Shown here: positions 33,141 through 46,254 of the stretch, one piece after another | How positions within the stretch are numbered: the first letter of the stretch is position 1 | Layout: the number at the start of each line of letters is the position of its first letter | DNA from: Tubulanus polymorphus | Taxonomy: Eukaryota; Animalia; Nemertea | Assembly (NCBI RefSeq): GCF_964204645.1 | Contig: NC_134028.1 | Location: forward strand, 15,755,653 to 15,819,652 | Length of the DNA stretch: 64,000 nucleotides | Direction of reading: 5' to 3' | The notes under the pieces: generated by a model | Seen by the model: the letters and a program-made list of their open reading frames with translations, nothing else | What the model was told of the DNA's origin: nothing | Database searches by the model: none | Made by a program: the position numbers and the translations under genes

Positions 33141-35139
33141 CTGAATTAAAAAAAAACAATAAATTTCAATTACATGTACAACAAAAATAGTGAGACAAAC
33201 ATCCAGGTGTAGCCCCTTCAAATCTATGTCAGCTTATTTGGACTACAAAGTAATCTATAACATTCATTCAAAGGAGATTAAGCATTAAACAGATATGTCC
33301 AATGATTTATGGCAGCATAGGTGGTATAATTTGTCAACAGATTCAATTTATGTTCGATACATGGCGCTGTTGGTAACTCAGCTGCTAAGGCAGCCGCATT
33401 CCGTATATAATCCCTAAATTTCAAGACATGACCACTGCCGTTGAAACTTCTAAAGGCAATCTACATATTGAATATCAAATTAAAAAGTGTTTTATCGATG
33501 GCTTTTATGTGTTTCGTGAATGATGATCATTTTCCGGATTCTAGAACATAAGAAAATGAAAATTTATATAGGTCCAAATAGTTTTAGCAGTTTCTGAGTC
33601 ACAGTCAACAGAATTGGATCTAGAATAAGTGTATGAATAGTCTTTCAAAAAGTTATCATGATCACACTGAGTACTCTGCCTGGCGAGCGTTGCCCATGTA
33701 ATCATCAGCATTGAAATGACGATAGCAAAACTACCGATCAGTGTTTTTGCCACGTGTGACAGCTTTTATCCAAGTTCTTGATTCAATAACGATTTGTATG
33801 GAGCAAAGACACTTCCAATTTTTATAAGACCGAGTTGATCATCAGCGCCACCAGCGGAGAAAACGGCGTTGCAGCTCCCCCATTACTAGCGGAAAGTTTC
33901 AGTTCATGCAAATCTTTGAGAAAACAAGCATAACTTTTAAAATTAAGACAGTATTGAATTCTAAATTACATTTCAGCACAAGTGGTGACATGTATAATTG
34001 TAATTGATACGGTTAGCTACATTGACCCAGCCTGCCTGGCGAGGCGTGAGTTGTTCCTTTTCCCAAACTGGAACTTACAATTATCTCGTCGAAGTCTCAA
34101 GGTCCATTCGTTTTCGTTTAGTTCTGAACGCATTTGACACTCTGAATTTTGGTCATCCATGAAAGTTTCACACAGGAGTAATATGGCGATTTTGCAATTT
34201 GATTTTTTACAAGTTTTACAATACTGTGTATATTTAAATGAATTATGTTAAGATTCCTTGGGTTTCATAGTGAATTATATCATGCGCTTCAATGTATGGA
34301 CAGCTATTGGTGAAAATATTTAAGTCTTTGTCAATTACGTGGGAAAGATCGAAATTTTCATCTGTTGAAATGGTTTCCAGTCTTGTCATAAAATTTGTAT
34401 TGCCTAAACACATGAACGGACAGATAAGGTTACAGTGGACAGATACACAATGGTAGTGTTATGAAGTAGTATGAATACGTGAAATGAGAGGAGTAAATGC
34501 ACACACATAATAAACTATAGACACTTATGGGTAATCGCCAACTTGTATATGGCTGTTATTTTGAGTGTGTCTTCAAAATATGGGAAAATGTATTATGATT
34601 TACTAGTTGATATTACAATGATGTCCAATGGCATGAAACCTTTTCATGCCACATTGCAGACTGAATGAGAAATACTCAATACCTCAATACGAGATATGAG
34701 AAATACTCAATACGAGCCAAAATAAATTTCATTTTGAGAGTAAATAAATAATCTTGCATGGTATGTATCCAACCAGAGATTTGTTAACAAGCTATCTAAT
34801 GCTTATTTAAATCATTTTTGAACAAATAAATGGTGGATAGAAAGTAGACCCCACTTACTTACTCATTCGTTTATAAGCAGACTCATGACGATACATAGTG
34901 ATTTGGAAATATTTGGTATCAAAGTTTATAGGTGTTCGCGCACTGCTAAAAGAATAAATAATTTATATCCGATTATATTTCCACAAACCAGGAGTAAGTT
35001 CGATTTTAATTCCAAACGCCCTGTAGAACACCGTTCTAGGATACGATTACCAACAAACGGTAGAAAAAAAATCCAAGTTCACAATAAGATGTTGATATTC
35101 TATTGTCTACACGCACAGTCAGATCTATACACTTGATTC

Positions 35140-36420
35140 AAACAAACGTGAAGTTAGCTTGACGTTCAGTCCAGACGATTTGTCCTCTTCGTATAAACAG
35201 CCTTTGTAGAACCTAACCTTATTGAATTCACCTGATGATTTCATGCGATTCTTCAGTTTGATTAGGTCTGGTAATATGTCATCACACATGTAATAATTTA
35301 GCTTTTTTCAGCGAGTTTGAATTTCTTAGCCATGACTTAAATCTTGGTTTTCCTGGCATTTGAAAGGCACAATCATTGATCTAGGGTCTTCTTGAACTTG
35401 AGCTGCTTCGCCCGATTGCTTTGGTTTCGCCTGTCGGTTCATCCGGTGTGCGACATCAATGTCGTTAATCGTAATCTCAAGCATTTCTAGATCTTTTTTT
35501 TTTCACTGCTAAGATTTCTTCTTTACAATTCTCAACAGTTTTTTTGGGGCATCTTTGCAGTCAGATATTCTCACGACGCGAATACTGTTCTAGATCGATG
35601 GTTTTACGTTTTACATTATTCATTTCTTGCTCGAGTATAGTTATTTTGCTGTTCAAATCGCTATTTTGTGTTTTCAGAGAGGAATTACTAGTTTCAAGGA
35701 TTTCCATTTTACTGTTGAGGTCACGGTTTTTTCGATTCTAAATCTGATATTCTTTTATCAAATCGGTATAAGTGTTGGTCGAGTAACTTGTTTGTTTTGT
35801 TGGTCGAGAGATTTTGTTACGGTGGTCAACAGTTTATCATGGAAATCAGATGCCTGTTTTTCCATATCAAGTTTAAATGCCTGCATAGCAGAATTTATAG
35901 TTTCAAAAATAACTTGATGAAAATCACTGTCACGGTCATCTGACCGGGATCTTTTTGCTCGTTTTTGCGAAACACACAGACTTTTTTTCCAAATTTGAAG
36001 ATCAATGGTTTCCAACTTTTTGATCTCGTACCAAGAGTCAGCGACTTATCCTGCGTCAGATTTGCGCCAAAAGCTTCAGTTGGCATCTCATCCTAGGTAT
36101 ATGTACCATCATCGCACCCATAATGGTACATAACCACAGCATGATTAGGGGTGTCAAAATCAACTTCATTTTGATACTGTGGAGAGGTATGGGATTCCTC
36201 GATGTCCTTGGAACTCATTTTCAAGTGTTGTGACTGTTCATCGAATAATGATAGGTTTCAGCATGCCGTATATTTTTTGTCACATACCTTTTATATATAA
36301 AATGAGTCCTCAATGAAATGAGTTTAATCTACAGTAATCGCAATCGAATTCCCACATTTTGAGATTTAGTGGGAGCTTACAGTGAGACACACCCATAACT
36401 GGGGGCCATGTTGGAATCTC
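35140..36420 (-). mobile_element. LINE (CR1/L2/L1-like) 5' region with a degraded ORF1
   Basis: Coiled coil followed by DLEQYSRRENI, DIDVAHRM and PRSMIV.F (L1-type RRM signature); many frameshifts. Confidence 0.78.
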
Positions 36421-37780
36421 GCTTCATCACGCTTATGGGTGCGAATAAACTTCGAACGCTCCTACTAGGTACATAATGTTACTGCATGTATTTTACCATG
36501 TAGTCATCCAAATTAATCATCCTATTAATACATATGTGCATTCGATGTGCGCGCGCCAGACGCATTGAATTTGAACCGCGTTGTAACTAGTTTGATTCGC
36601 CTTCTAACGAAGAAAGAAAGCTCTGCCGTACTACGAAGTATGCACGCCTACATACTGAATTCAGACTTATGAGCTGTGATCACACGAGTTTATTAGCTCA
36701 GCCGCATTGTGGGACCTGGCCAGGGCCAAATCAAGGCATTGGTCAAATCATATCGATGAATGCTAACTGGTTTTGAAAGTGACTCGATCACTTAATTACT
36801 ACATTGATAGTATCGAGTGAGTGGTTTTATGCGAGAGCACTCTCTAATTGCGTCTGATCCAAGCCTGGTCAAACTGGGAACCTAGCTTAATCCTCTCCGT
36901 GTGATCATGGCTTTTGTAGGTTCTGGAGGGAAGGGAAAGGTTTTGTCCGTAATGTTATATCATCACAAAAAAACGATGTGGCAGTGGAACAGGCAAACAG
37001 TGAAGACCAACGGGGAAAAGATTCTGGGTCCTGTTGTGTAACAAATCAAACAAAAAGTGAGGCTTAATTTCAAATAAGCTAATCCGTCTACAATGCGCAG
37101 TGAGTATGCTGAATCGATGCAGAACTCTCTACAGTTGTTCATTTGTCCATTTCAATTTAATGATCTCGATAAGTTTAGCACATGCGACTACAAGTCGGCT
37201 GCAGCATATAAAGGCCTACGTCTTCTAAGGTACATTCAACTTTAAGATTTTTGCATGAAAGGTTGATTCCCTATATTCTCTCTTGAGGTCATATATTTCA
37301 TTTTTTGTGTATATCTCTTGACTGCCATAAATAGTGTGCAAATCAGTTTAGGGGCCTAGATCTGTTGGGTAAATAGAGCATTGTGATGATATCTACCATG
37401 TCGCGCATTATCCGCTTTCAATAGAACTCCCAGCTGTGCGATTATTACTAAACAATATGTTCGTACAAGTAACACTATTGGGAATGGTATAACCCAGTCT
37501 TGTTCGTCCTATCTGGTGGATTTTGAATTATCTGCAATTTGTCTTATTGTATTGGTACCTAGACGCATATTTTGTATCAATTGCAAACTTTTAGCTCATG
37601 GTATGATCCATCATTATAGTGATTAGGTCAATGGTTTTTGTATATTTTCTCCAGGGGACGTCGAATAACTGAATGAGCATGGTATTATCATGTGGTATTT
37701 CCATAAACTTTTGGCCTTTGCATGCTCTATGGTTATGGTGTCTTTGGTATTGGAAAATGTTCACGTGGGGGCAATGAATA

Positions 37781-38567
37781 CTGTATTTTCCAGTGCACAA
37801 GTCGACCCGGTGTATAAGTCGAGGTCAAATTTTAAGTTTAAAAAGTTATATATAGTCTATATATAGTCGGTGTATGAGTCGAGTCCCTTCTTCACGTGTT
37901 TACATAAGTCACTTTTGAAAACAGTGCTATGGTCATTCTCATAGTAGTTGAGAGTCTTAACCACTGTTTGCGATTAATCATTGGGATCTGTTGTTTCTGA
38001 TAGTATATTACCGGATTAGTGCTCATTGAATCCACGTGTTGGATGTAATGTGTATACATTGAATGCCACGCACCTGGGCCCGGTTCCATAGTCAGGGCTT
38101 AGACTTAAGACCTGGCTAAGACCAACTTAGTTATATAGCCAATCTAACAACTTAAGACCAGTCTTAAGGTTTAAGACCACTTTTGGACTTAAGTCTTAAC
38201 TATGGAACTGGCCCCTGTAGTCTAGTATTAGACTGCTGTACACGTATTGATTATTGGCACACTGCCATAGCAGCGCGGCTCATATAAAATGCTGTTCAAG
38301 GATACACACGCGTGCTTTTCTTTCTCATTCGATTTTTAACATCAGTTAATTTGGAACCAATTTGGAGTGTAGCCTAAACATAAATTAATATTCTATATCA
38401 TCATGGCAACCTTGAACTCTTAAACATCATCAGCTTAAACGTTATTGAAAGCGTATTCGGTGTAGTTTAAACGATATTGAAAGTGTATTCGGTGTATAAG
38501 TCGACCAACGTTTTTTTGACATGATTTTTGGTCTCAAAAACTCCACTTATACATCGGAAAACACGGT
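37781..38567. mobile_element. Tc1/mariner-pogo-type MITE, older copy
   Basis: Homologous along its length to 46343-46992; decayed TIRs. Confidence 0.82.
38077..38214. mobile_element. Small Harbinger-like MITE with CTG TSD, nested in the previous element
   Basis: TIR GGCCCGGTTCCATAGT / ACTATGGAACTGGCCC; CTG on both sides; the empty site GCCTGTAGTC is present in the paralog at ~46630. Confidence 0.88.
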
Positions 38568-39313
38568 CGCTCAATCATATAGTCTTTCCATATATAATGT
38601 AATAGCGTATATTTTTATTTCTCTGGAATTTTAGATTTTTTTTTCAAATTGACAAATTTGGACTCTGGATTTTCCGGATATTCAGAAATTTTTTTCAGCG
38701 CCGTTATCAAATACATGCATGCTTTTGTTGTTTGCGCATCCACTCCTTATATCACATCAGTCTTTAGCTGCTAAAAATCGCTGACTTCACAAGAATTGAG
38801 CGTGAATTTCATTGTTGTTGGCTATTTTATGGCCTCTGATGCTTAGATTAGTTAAGATTTAAAAAATTTTTGGGGGGAAACCCATAGTGGCTTTGTACCT
38901 TTGGTGCTCGCTTTGTTATTACAAAAATTTTCCATATCGTCATCGCTGTAGTGGTAACTTTGTATATTGGTACCCACGCATATTTAGTAACGAAAATCAA
39001 TTTCATGACAAGTTCTTTAATTATGGTGATTTTAGAATTAATTGATTTTGGTTCACCAGGGGATGTTGAATAGTGGAGTAACATGGTGTTTTTGTATATA
39101 TGTGTGGCTTATGCATAGGCCTTTTTTTTAACCATTATCAATTGAAATAAGAGGTAGACACCTTTTTTGATGTTTATTTATTTGATATATGGTGAACACA
39201 GCTCTACAACTGTTGTTGTTAGGCTCAAAAGCTTTATAAGTCTGTTAACATACAGTAAGCAGTTTACTTATTCCTTATGTCACTTGTTTAGAGAGTTCCT
39301 TTACACAGTTCAG

Positions 39314-39398
39314 ATATTGAAAAAACAATGGTGAATTTGGATCATGTCATTGGGTTGTACCATATTGCTAAGGATTCGGAAAAATCCGTAAGGGATGG
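39314..39398 (+). CDS. EXOC7: EXOC7 exon 3
   Basis: (N)IEKTMVNLDHVIGLYHIAKDSEKSVRD(G)|GTAAGT; phases 1 and 2 are compatible with neighbours. Confidence 0.93.
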
Positions 39399-41753
39399 GT
39401 AAGTAATGAATATTCTACCTATTGCATTCATTGTTATTGAGGCATTGACCATTGAGGTTGCCCAGGACCCAGTTCCACACAGTGAGTTAGATTTAACTCT
39501 GATGAGTAAAAGTTCGTTTATTTTCAATTAGTTAACTCAGAGTTAAAGGGCAAATATGCCATAAAATTGTACTTTCCGTGATTTCTTAACCAGAGGAAAC
39601 TTTAAAGTATATATTTAATGACCTGAGATCCATCTGATCGAAAAAAAGTATCGGAAAAGGTATCTCTAATTAGCCGTAAATTAGTCATTTATTTATCCTT
39701 CACTCTGTCAGTATAGTTCAGATACTACCCGCAGTGACGCTATATATGATATTATCTATGACAATCAACACAAGCACGTGTGCGCTAGTACGCGTTGCCT
39801 ATGTATAATCGATAAAATAGACATCATTTGTTCACTGTATTCATAGACCTACAGCGCTACTCACTTAAGATTATCATGTCATAAACAACGGTAGCAACAC
39901 TATACAAATGTTAAGAGGTAATTACTTCAAATTACTCCCAAAAGAATAAAATACTGCATGAAATGTCTAGTGAAATGACTAGATGACTAGAGCGTTTGTC
40001 AGAGATGACGTCAGAAACGCGCACCTGCTTACATAAACGAAAAGGCCAAAACAAAATATATGTGTGGTTACTATCTCCTGCAATTTATTTTCATTTGGGT
40101 TGGTAGGTAGGAAATTTGTTTAATTTTTTCAAAAACATTTCATTGGAAAATGAATGGGGAAGCACATTAATGTGGTAAACTGGGATAACTTTAAGTACAA
40201 CTGAAATGACTCTAATTTCCTACTATGGCCAACGGAAGTGATGTTTCAGTTTGCTGTCACCTCAAAAGTATGTGAATGGTGTGTTTCATTACTTATTCAT
40301 TATTTTCAGTCATATAATAAGCAACGCTAACAAACCGAAGAACCATCACCAACAAGTAAAAACATAAATCATCATCACCCTTGTTTCCCTCTTATCAATA
40401 TTTAAATGTTGAAGCTGAAGAAATTTGTAAAACTCTTCCAGGTTGTATTCTTCCTAGTTCTCCAAATGTTTATAAAGAAAGTATCTTAGTTATCAATAGG
40501 ACTATTGCATGTTGAATTCAAGCCTCGGACAATGTAAAAAATATAAGCCTTATTACAAGCAACGCAACCAGAGACTAGACATAACAGACATGATTTATGG
40601 TAGCATTAAGAGTAAAATCTAGCAACTGCTTCAATTCATGTTCAATAGATGGCGCTAGTAGTAGTTCAGCTGTCAAAATATATTAGCTCACGAGGCAGTG
40701 ACATTCCGATGATAATCCCGAGATTTCGAGACATAAAGATTGCAATCCAAACTTCTAAAGGCAATCGTCAACTTAGATATTGATTAGAAAAACATTTTAT
40801 TGATGACTTTCATCTATTTTGTGCATTATCAGCATTTTTCGGATGTTAATACATAAACGATGAAAAACAATGAAATAATGAACATTTTCATGTGGGACCC
40901 AGCCATCTACATGGGCAGGTGACTAAACTGATACCTTGGCCAATACCTTATTTCCGTAGGCCTCTTTTTCATGCATTTGAGGTCAGGGAAAGATATTCAT
41001 CGATGAAGTATTCAATGAAGGGGAGCACTCATCAATTACGGTACCACAAAAATGATTATGTCCAAATGATTAGTGGTGAGTTTATATTGTTTAAAAAACT
41101 TTGAAACAGTATGAAAATATATTGTACACGCTAGTATTGCAAAGCGCAGTGTGTTTGTTTGTGTGTGTGTGTATAGGCCTTCACAGGCCTAGTAGTAGTA
41201 AAATTAATACTGTAAGCTTATACACTATTGTCACCACACGTGTGTATGTTTTAAACCTACGTTAGAATATTGATTGCACGCTTTTCCATTTGTAAAGCGT
41301 GTACATTGTCAATCCGCAAAACACAGGTTAATAATTCTATAAAACTAATACCAAACATTTAGAATGCTACATGTTCAAAATGGTAACTCCAGAATTTTTG
41401 ATGACGAAAAATAAGTCAATAAAATAAAATAACTCGGCGGTAATTAATTTGAATCGGTCGAGAGACCGTAACCACACATATATTTTGTATTGACCTAACA
41501 GTGAGCACATGCTGAAACTGCCGATTTAAAAGTCGTATTTCTCAAGAATGGCTGACCTTAAATTCAAACCAGTTTCATATTTGATATTTGTGAATACATC
41601 ACATTTGAAAATGAATTTTGCACAATATTCTACATGTATTTTGATGGGATTTGCTCTTTAAAACATAACTCGGAACTGTGGAACTGGACCCTGTTCTTTT
41701 GCATGACATTACATGTTTGAGGTTCTAGTCATCCCTTTTACTATTCATTTCAG

Positions 41754-41859
41754 TCCAAGTAATGGTCTTGAAGAATATTTGTCCAGCATGGAGAAAATTC
41801 AACAGGCTTTTGATTATTTTATGAAGAATAGCCCTGGGAGTCCAGAATTATCAACTGTG
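41754..41859 (+). CDS. EXOC7: EXOC7 exon 4
   Basis: PSNGLEEYLSSMEKIQQAFDYFMKNSPGSPELSTV|GTATGT; phases 2 and 0. Confidence 0.93.
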
Positions 41860-42059
41860 GTATGTTCCTATTGTAGAAGGGCGGTTCAGGGGCATGGAAG
41901 AAATTGTTTTGGGGATCATTTGTGGAAAATAGATATTGTAAACATAAAATGTGGCATATACTCACTAATCTTGATGAAACATTCTATCTCAGTGTTGAAA
42001 GTTGAAACAGTAATACAACAAAATCCCAAAATACATATGTATATCTATATATTATATAT

Positions 42060-42610
42060 ATTTGTACATGTATCTACCCTAGACACATCAACAGCCCAAA
42101 AACCGGCCCTCTCACATTCAAGATGGCCGACTGGCAGCCATTGTTGTTTCAGCACTTTTTACACATTTTTGAATTTTTCGAGTATTTCCTCATTATATTG
42201 GTACCTATATGTCACCCTGATCAATTGCAAAGTTGTAGCTCATAACATTTTCTATGATTTAAGTGAATTTCGAGGTCAAATTAAATACTCGTTGAATACT
42301 ATAATTACTTAGTATTTCCATATTATATTGGTAACTAGGCATAGTTTGTTATCGCAATCAATAACAAAATCGTAGCTGCTGACATGTTCTATGATTGTGG
42401 TGAGTTTCAAGGTCATTGGTTTTGTATATGGCCACCATGGGGCATTGAAAAATTCAATAGCTTTGTATTTCCATATTATATTCGTACATATGCATATTTT
42501 ATTACCACTATCAATTGGAAAGTTCTAGCTCATGACATGGTCTATAATTGTGGTGAGATTCAAGGTCATTGGTTTTTGTATATGGCCACCAGGGAGGGTT
42601 GAACAATATC
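42060..42610 (+). repeat. HINE fragment (head piece plus core repeats); further fragments at ~37550-37790, 38960-39085 and 43360-43785
   Basis: ACATGTATCTACCCTAGACACATC head sequence and TATGATTGTGGTGAGTTTCAAGGTCATTGG core. Confidence 0.8.
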
Positions 42611-44698
42611 AATATATATGATTGAACTTGATAAATGCTATTGAAGCGGTTGAAAACAGCTAGGAAAAAAGATTGAAAGCTCGAAATAATTATTTTTGAC
42701 TTGAAATGAAAAAATATGGCTTGCAACGCTTGATTATGACAAATTTCCTTCTTCAAGAGAATTTTTTCGATGATATCGCAGACAGAATACGTTCTTGAGT
42801 CATTTCTATGCGTGTCTCATGTCTTATGCATCCATAAAGAAATTAATTGAATTGCATTGGATCGCAAAACTCGCATGCACTGCGAATTGTGGTGAAACCT
42901 ACCTACCTAACTTATCCCAAAAATTTAAGTCGGTGTTACGGCAAACAGACGATTAATTTGGGATGGCCTTATCCAAATCTTGATTGATATAAATATCTAA
43001 GCTGGGAAATGCTGGAAATCATTGTGATAAACGGGTTTCAACTCCAACAGAATCGTATCAATGAGGTTCCACTGTAAAATGAATCAAAATTTTACCTCTT
43101 GTTTAATGTTTTCATATGAGTTGTTAAAAATAGCTGTTAAAAATAAGCTGTTAAAAATAGGCAAATTGGCTGCGACTATCAAAAATTCCGACGTGCTTAA
43201 AAACAGCTTGAAAATGGTATGAATCTAGCTTGAAATGGCTTGAATTTCACCTGGGCTTGAGACAATGAACCCTGTTTAATATATAAAAGATAAGGTAGAT
43301 GACGAAGCGTGAGCGTATAGGAAAAACTTGACTGGCATTCGGATGGCAATACTAGGTCACATATTATATTTGTACCTAGGCATATTTTGTTACCGCAATA
43401 AATTGCAAAATTCTCATTCATGGCATATGATCCTATGATCGAGGTGAGTTTCAAGGTCATCAGCATTTGTATATAGTCATCAGGGGAGCGTTGAATAGTG
43501 CAATAACTAAGTATTTCCATATTTTATTGGTACCTAGGCATATTTTGTTACCTCAATCAATTGCAAAGTTGTAGCTCATAACATGTTCTATGATTGTAGT
43601 AAGTTTCACGGTGTTTTTTTGCATATGGTCACCAGATGGCATTGCATTGTACGATAACTTAGCATTTCCATATGATATTGGTTCCTATGCGTGTTTTGTA
43701 ACCACAATCAATAGCAAAGTTGTAGCTCTTGACATATTCTATCACTGTGGTGAGTTTCAAGGTCATTGGGTTTTGTATATGATGAACCCCTTGTTATTCT
43801 GATTTATTCCAGAATAACCACTCAAAACACATACATTATCAATGGCCCCAGGAACTGTATCCTAATCCCATCGGCGAATGCCTGTGGTTTGAACCTGCCA
43901 GGTTGAAAAGTCAACCTACGTGTGCTGTTTTTGATAAACATTGAAACCTAGGGACAAGCTGACCAATCAGCACATGTTTCAAACTATACCTGTAAACATT
44001 GTGTCAGAATCCCAATCACTACGTTTTGTGGTCCAAGTACCAAAGTTCAAGGTGACTACCGGTCATTCATGTGAAACCTTGCGAACGTCATTCCAGAAGA
44101 ACCGTTCATAGCAGGACCATGATATTACATAGTATGATTACCCCTAGGGAGAGGATGTGCCCTATTGACTTTGGGGACAAAGGTCAAGGTCACTAGATAT
44201 CATTCATATGAAACCTTGCAAACACGATCCAAGAAGAACCATTGATAACAGAACAATGCTATTTCATAGTATGATTACCCCTAGGGAGAGGATGTGCATT
44301 AGTGATTTTGGAGTTCTAGGGTCAAAGGTCAAGGTTGGTAGACGTCTTTTGCCTAAAACCCTGTAAACTCAATTCTCAAATAACCATTCATAGCAGGAAA
44401 ATGATATTTTATAGTATGGTTATCTCTGGATACACTCATCATTTTTCTATACCAAAGATTAGTGTCTTCGGGGGTCATTCATTCCCTACTGGCTATCACG
44501 GGGGACATAGATACGTAGTATCGAATTGCCTTGTTGTCTCCTGTCTGTATATTCTGTTCTATTCTATTGCAGTTCCAGACATTATTATTTCAGACATTAT
44601 TATTTAGCCATCAGGATGGAGTTCATATTAAGCAGGACTGCATATATACATTCTGAAATCTTTATTTGTTGAACGAAAATACATTTTCAATTTTAAAG

Positions 44699-44822
44699 AG
44701 TCATCTTCTTGATGTTGGGAGAAAGAGCATAGAAAAAGAATTCAAAAACCTCCTTGCACGACATAGTAAACCAGTTATGCCAACTGTTGTTCTGAATTTG
44801 ATTGACAATGAACAGGATGAAG
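44699..44822 (+). CDS. EXOC7: EXOC7 exon 5
   Basis: SHLLDVGRKSIEKEFKNLLARHSKPVMPTVVLNLIDNEQDE|GTTAGT; phases 0 and 1. Confidence 0.92.
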
Positions 44823-45092
44823 GTTAGTATGAATTTCACATTCAATGTCATGTCCTGCATTTTTGTTTGTATTCAATTTTGAATTGGTGTAGATCAAAAT
44901 ATGAAACAAAGGATTTATCTTTACATTGTGTTCGTTATACTGTATAATGATCCTTTGTGGTTATTTATTGCTTGTAAATATCCAGTCTCTGATGGGCTCC
45001 ATCATGCTGATTGGTCAGTTTGACTGATACAGTTGAATTAGCAAAGTTACTGGACCTTAGAAACCCTCAGATTTTTTCTGCTGTAAAGCAGC

Positions 45093-45137
45093 GATAGCCT
45101 GACGATGATCTCTAGGGTGAGATCGAAACGTCGTGTC
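45093..45137 (+). ncRNA. Minimal type I hammerhead ribozyme motif, Penelope-like element remnant
   Basis: CTGACGA-T-GATCTC(tagggt)GAGATC-GAAACGTC, flanked by GATAGC/G-TGTC helix I and followed by AATAAATAAA. Confidence 0.65.
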
Positions 45138-45404
45138 TTTTAAATATTTTAGATTTAATAAATAAATTCTTGTTTTTAAATTCTTTTAATCTGTAAATAG
45201 TGGGATTTTATCTTATCAGCGATAGCAGGTTTTACGCCGACGGACAAAACATCATTACAAGCGTCTAGTCAAGGGCTAATAAGTGCAACTGGGACCACTA
45301 TTCTATCTCTTGCGGAAGGAGCTAGAAGCCAAAACCATTAAAGAATTGGGGTTGCCATACATTGAGGCGTACAAAGGTGCGACCACTGGCAAAATGAACT
45401 ACTG

Positions 45405-45531
45405 GGGCCAGTTGCTCAAAAGTTGGTTAAAGATAACCGGCCGTTAAATACCATAGTAACAATGAAATTTCAATTGTCACCATATCAACCAACCACTGGT
45501 TAACTCCAACCAACTTTTGAGCAACCGGCCC
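45405..45531. mobile_element. Small Harbinger-like MITE with CTG TSD
   Basis: TIR GGGCCAGTTGCTCAAAAGTTGGTT / AACCAACTTTTGAGCAACCGGCCC; CTG on both sides. Confidence 0.88.
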
Positions 45532-45969
45532 CTGGTTTTTAGTCTGCTTGGCAGAAAGGACTAATGGAGAACTTAACATTTTTTGCCTGAATTATTGTGG
45601 GAACGCTTGCATTTGTTCATCATACACAGATATTGTGTATCTTCTTGACTTTGTATATATGTTTGTAGGTCGTTATGTCTTATTGTCGAACCTTTGCATG
45701 ATCAATCGACTGTCGAATGTCAATTGACTGAATCACTCATTGAACAGTTTTAATCTGAGAAATTAGGAACTACAGTTCAATATAACTCAGATCGCCCTAC
45801 GAACAAATCTCATAGAAAATGTAATAAAACATTTGATGTTATGTAACCGGCTGGTGTTGTATCGGCAGGCTGGCTGGGGAACTAGCATTTACACCAGCAG
45901 TACAGGATTCCATCCATAAAAACCTTATATGTACAATCTTTATTGCATCCCGGAATGAGAATGATTTTC

Positions 45970-46216
45970 ATAACTTTACATAGTCTTTATATTAAGAATC
46001 GGGAGTATGATGTGAGAATTAGGTGTCTCAGAAGTTGAAGACATCAGGACTCACAAACAAACACCTAGTGACATGTTTGAGAGACATTGATTAATTATTG
46101 ATGAGCACTGACTATAGCTAATTACTGTGAAAACATATTGAGTTATGTGACATGTTGATTACGACTTTAAAGCACATATTGACACTATAATCATAAGTTA
46201 TGTTACGTTATTATCA

Positions 46217-46254
<38 letters not shown>

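Larger units (their letters stand above)
30018..39313 (+). other. U12-type (minor spliceosome) GT-AG intron of EXOC7
   Basis: Donor GTATCCTTT; branch-site-like TTCCTTTAC at 39296-39304, ~10 nt before CAG; no polypyrimidine tract. Confidence 0.85.

Noticed and set aside
41713-42312. 199-aa ORF as a standalone gene
   Set aside because: Only 41754-41859 is coding (EXOC7 exon 4); the rest is intron and HINE sequence.
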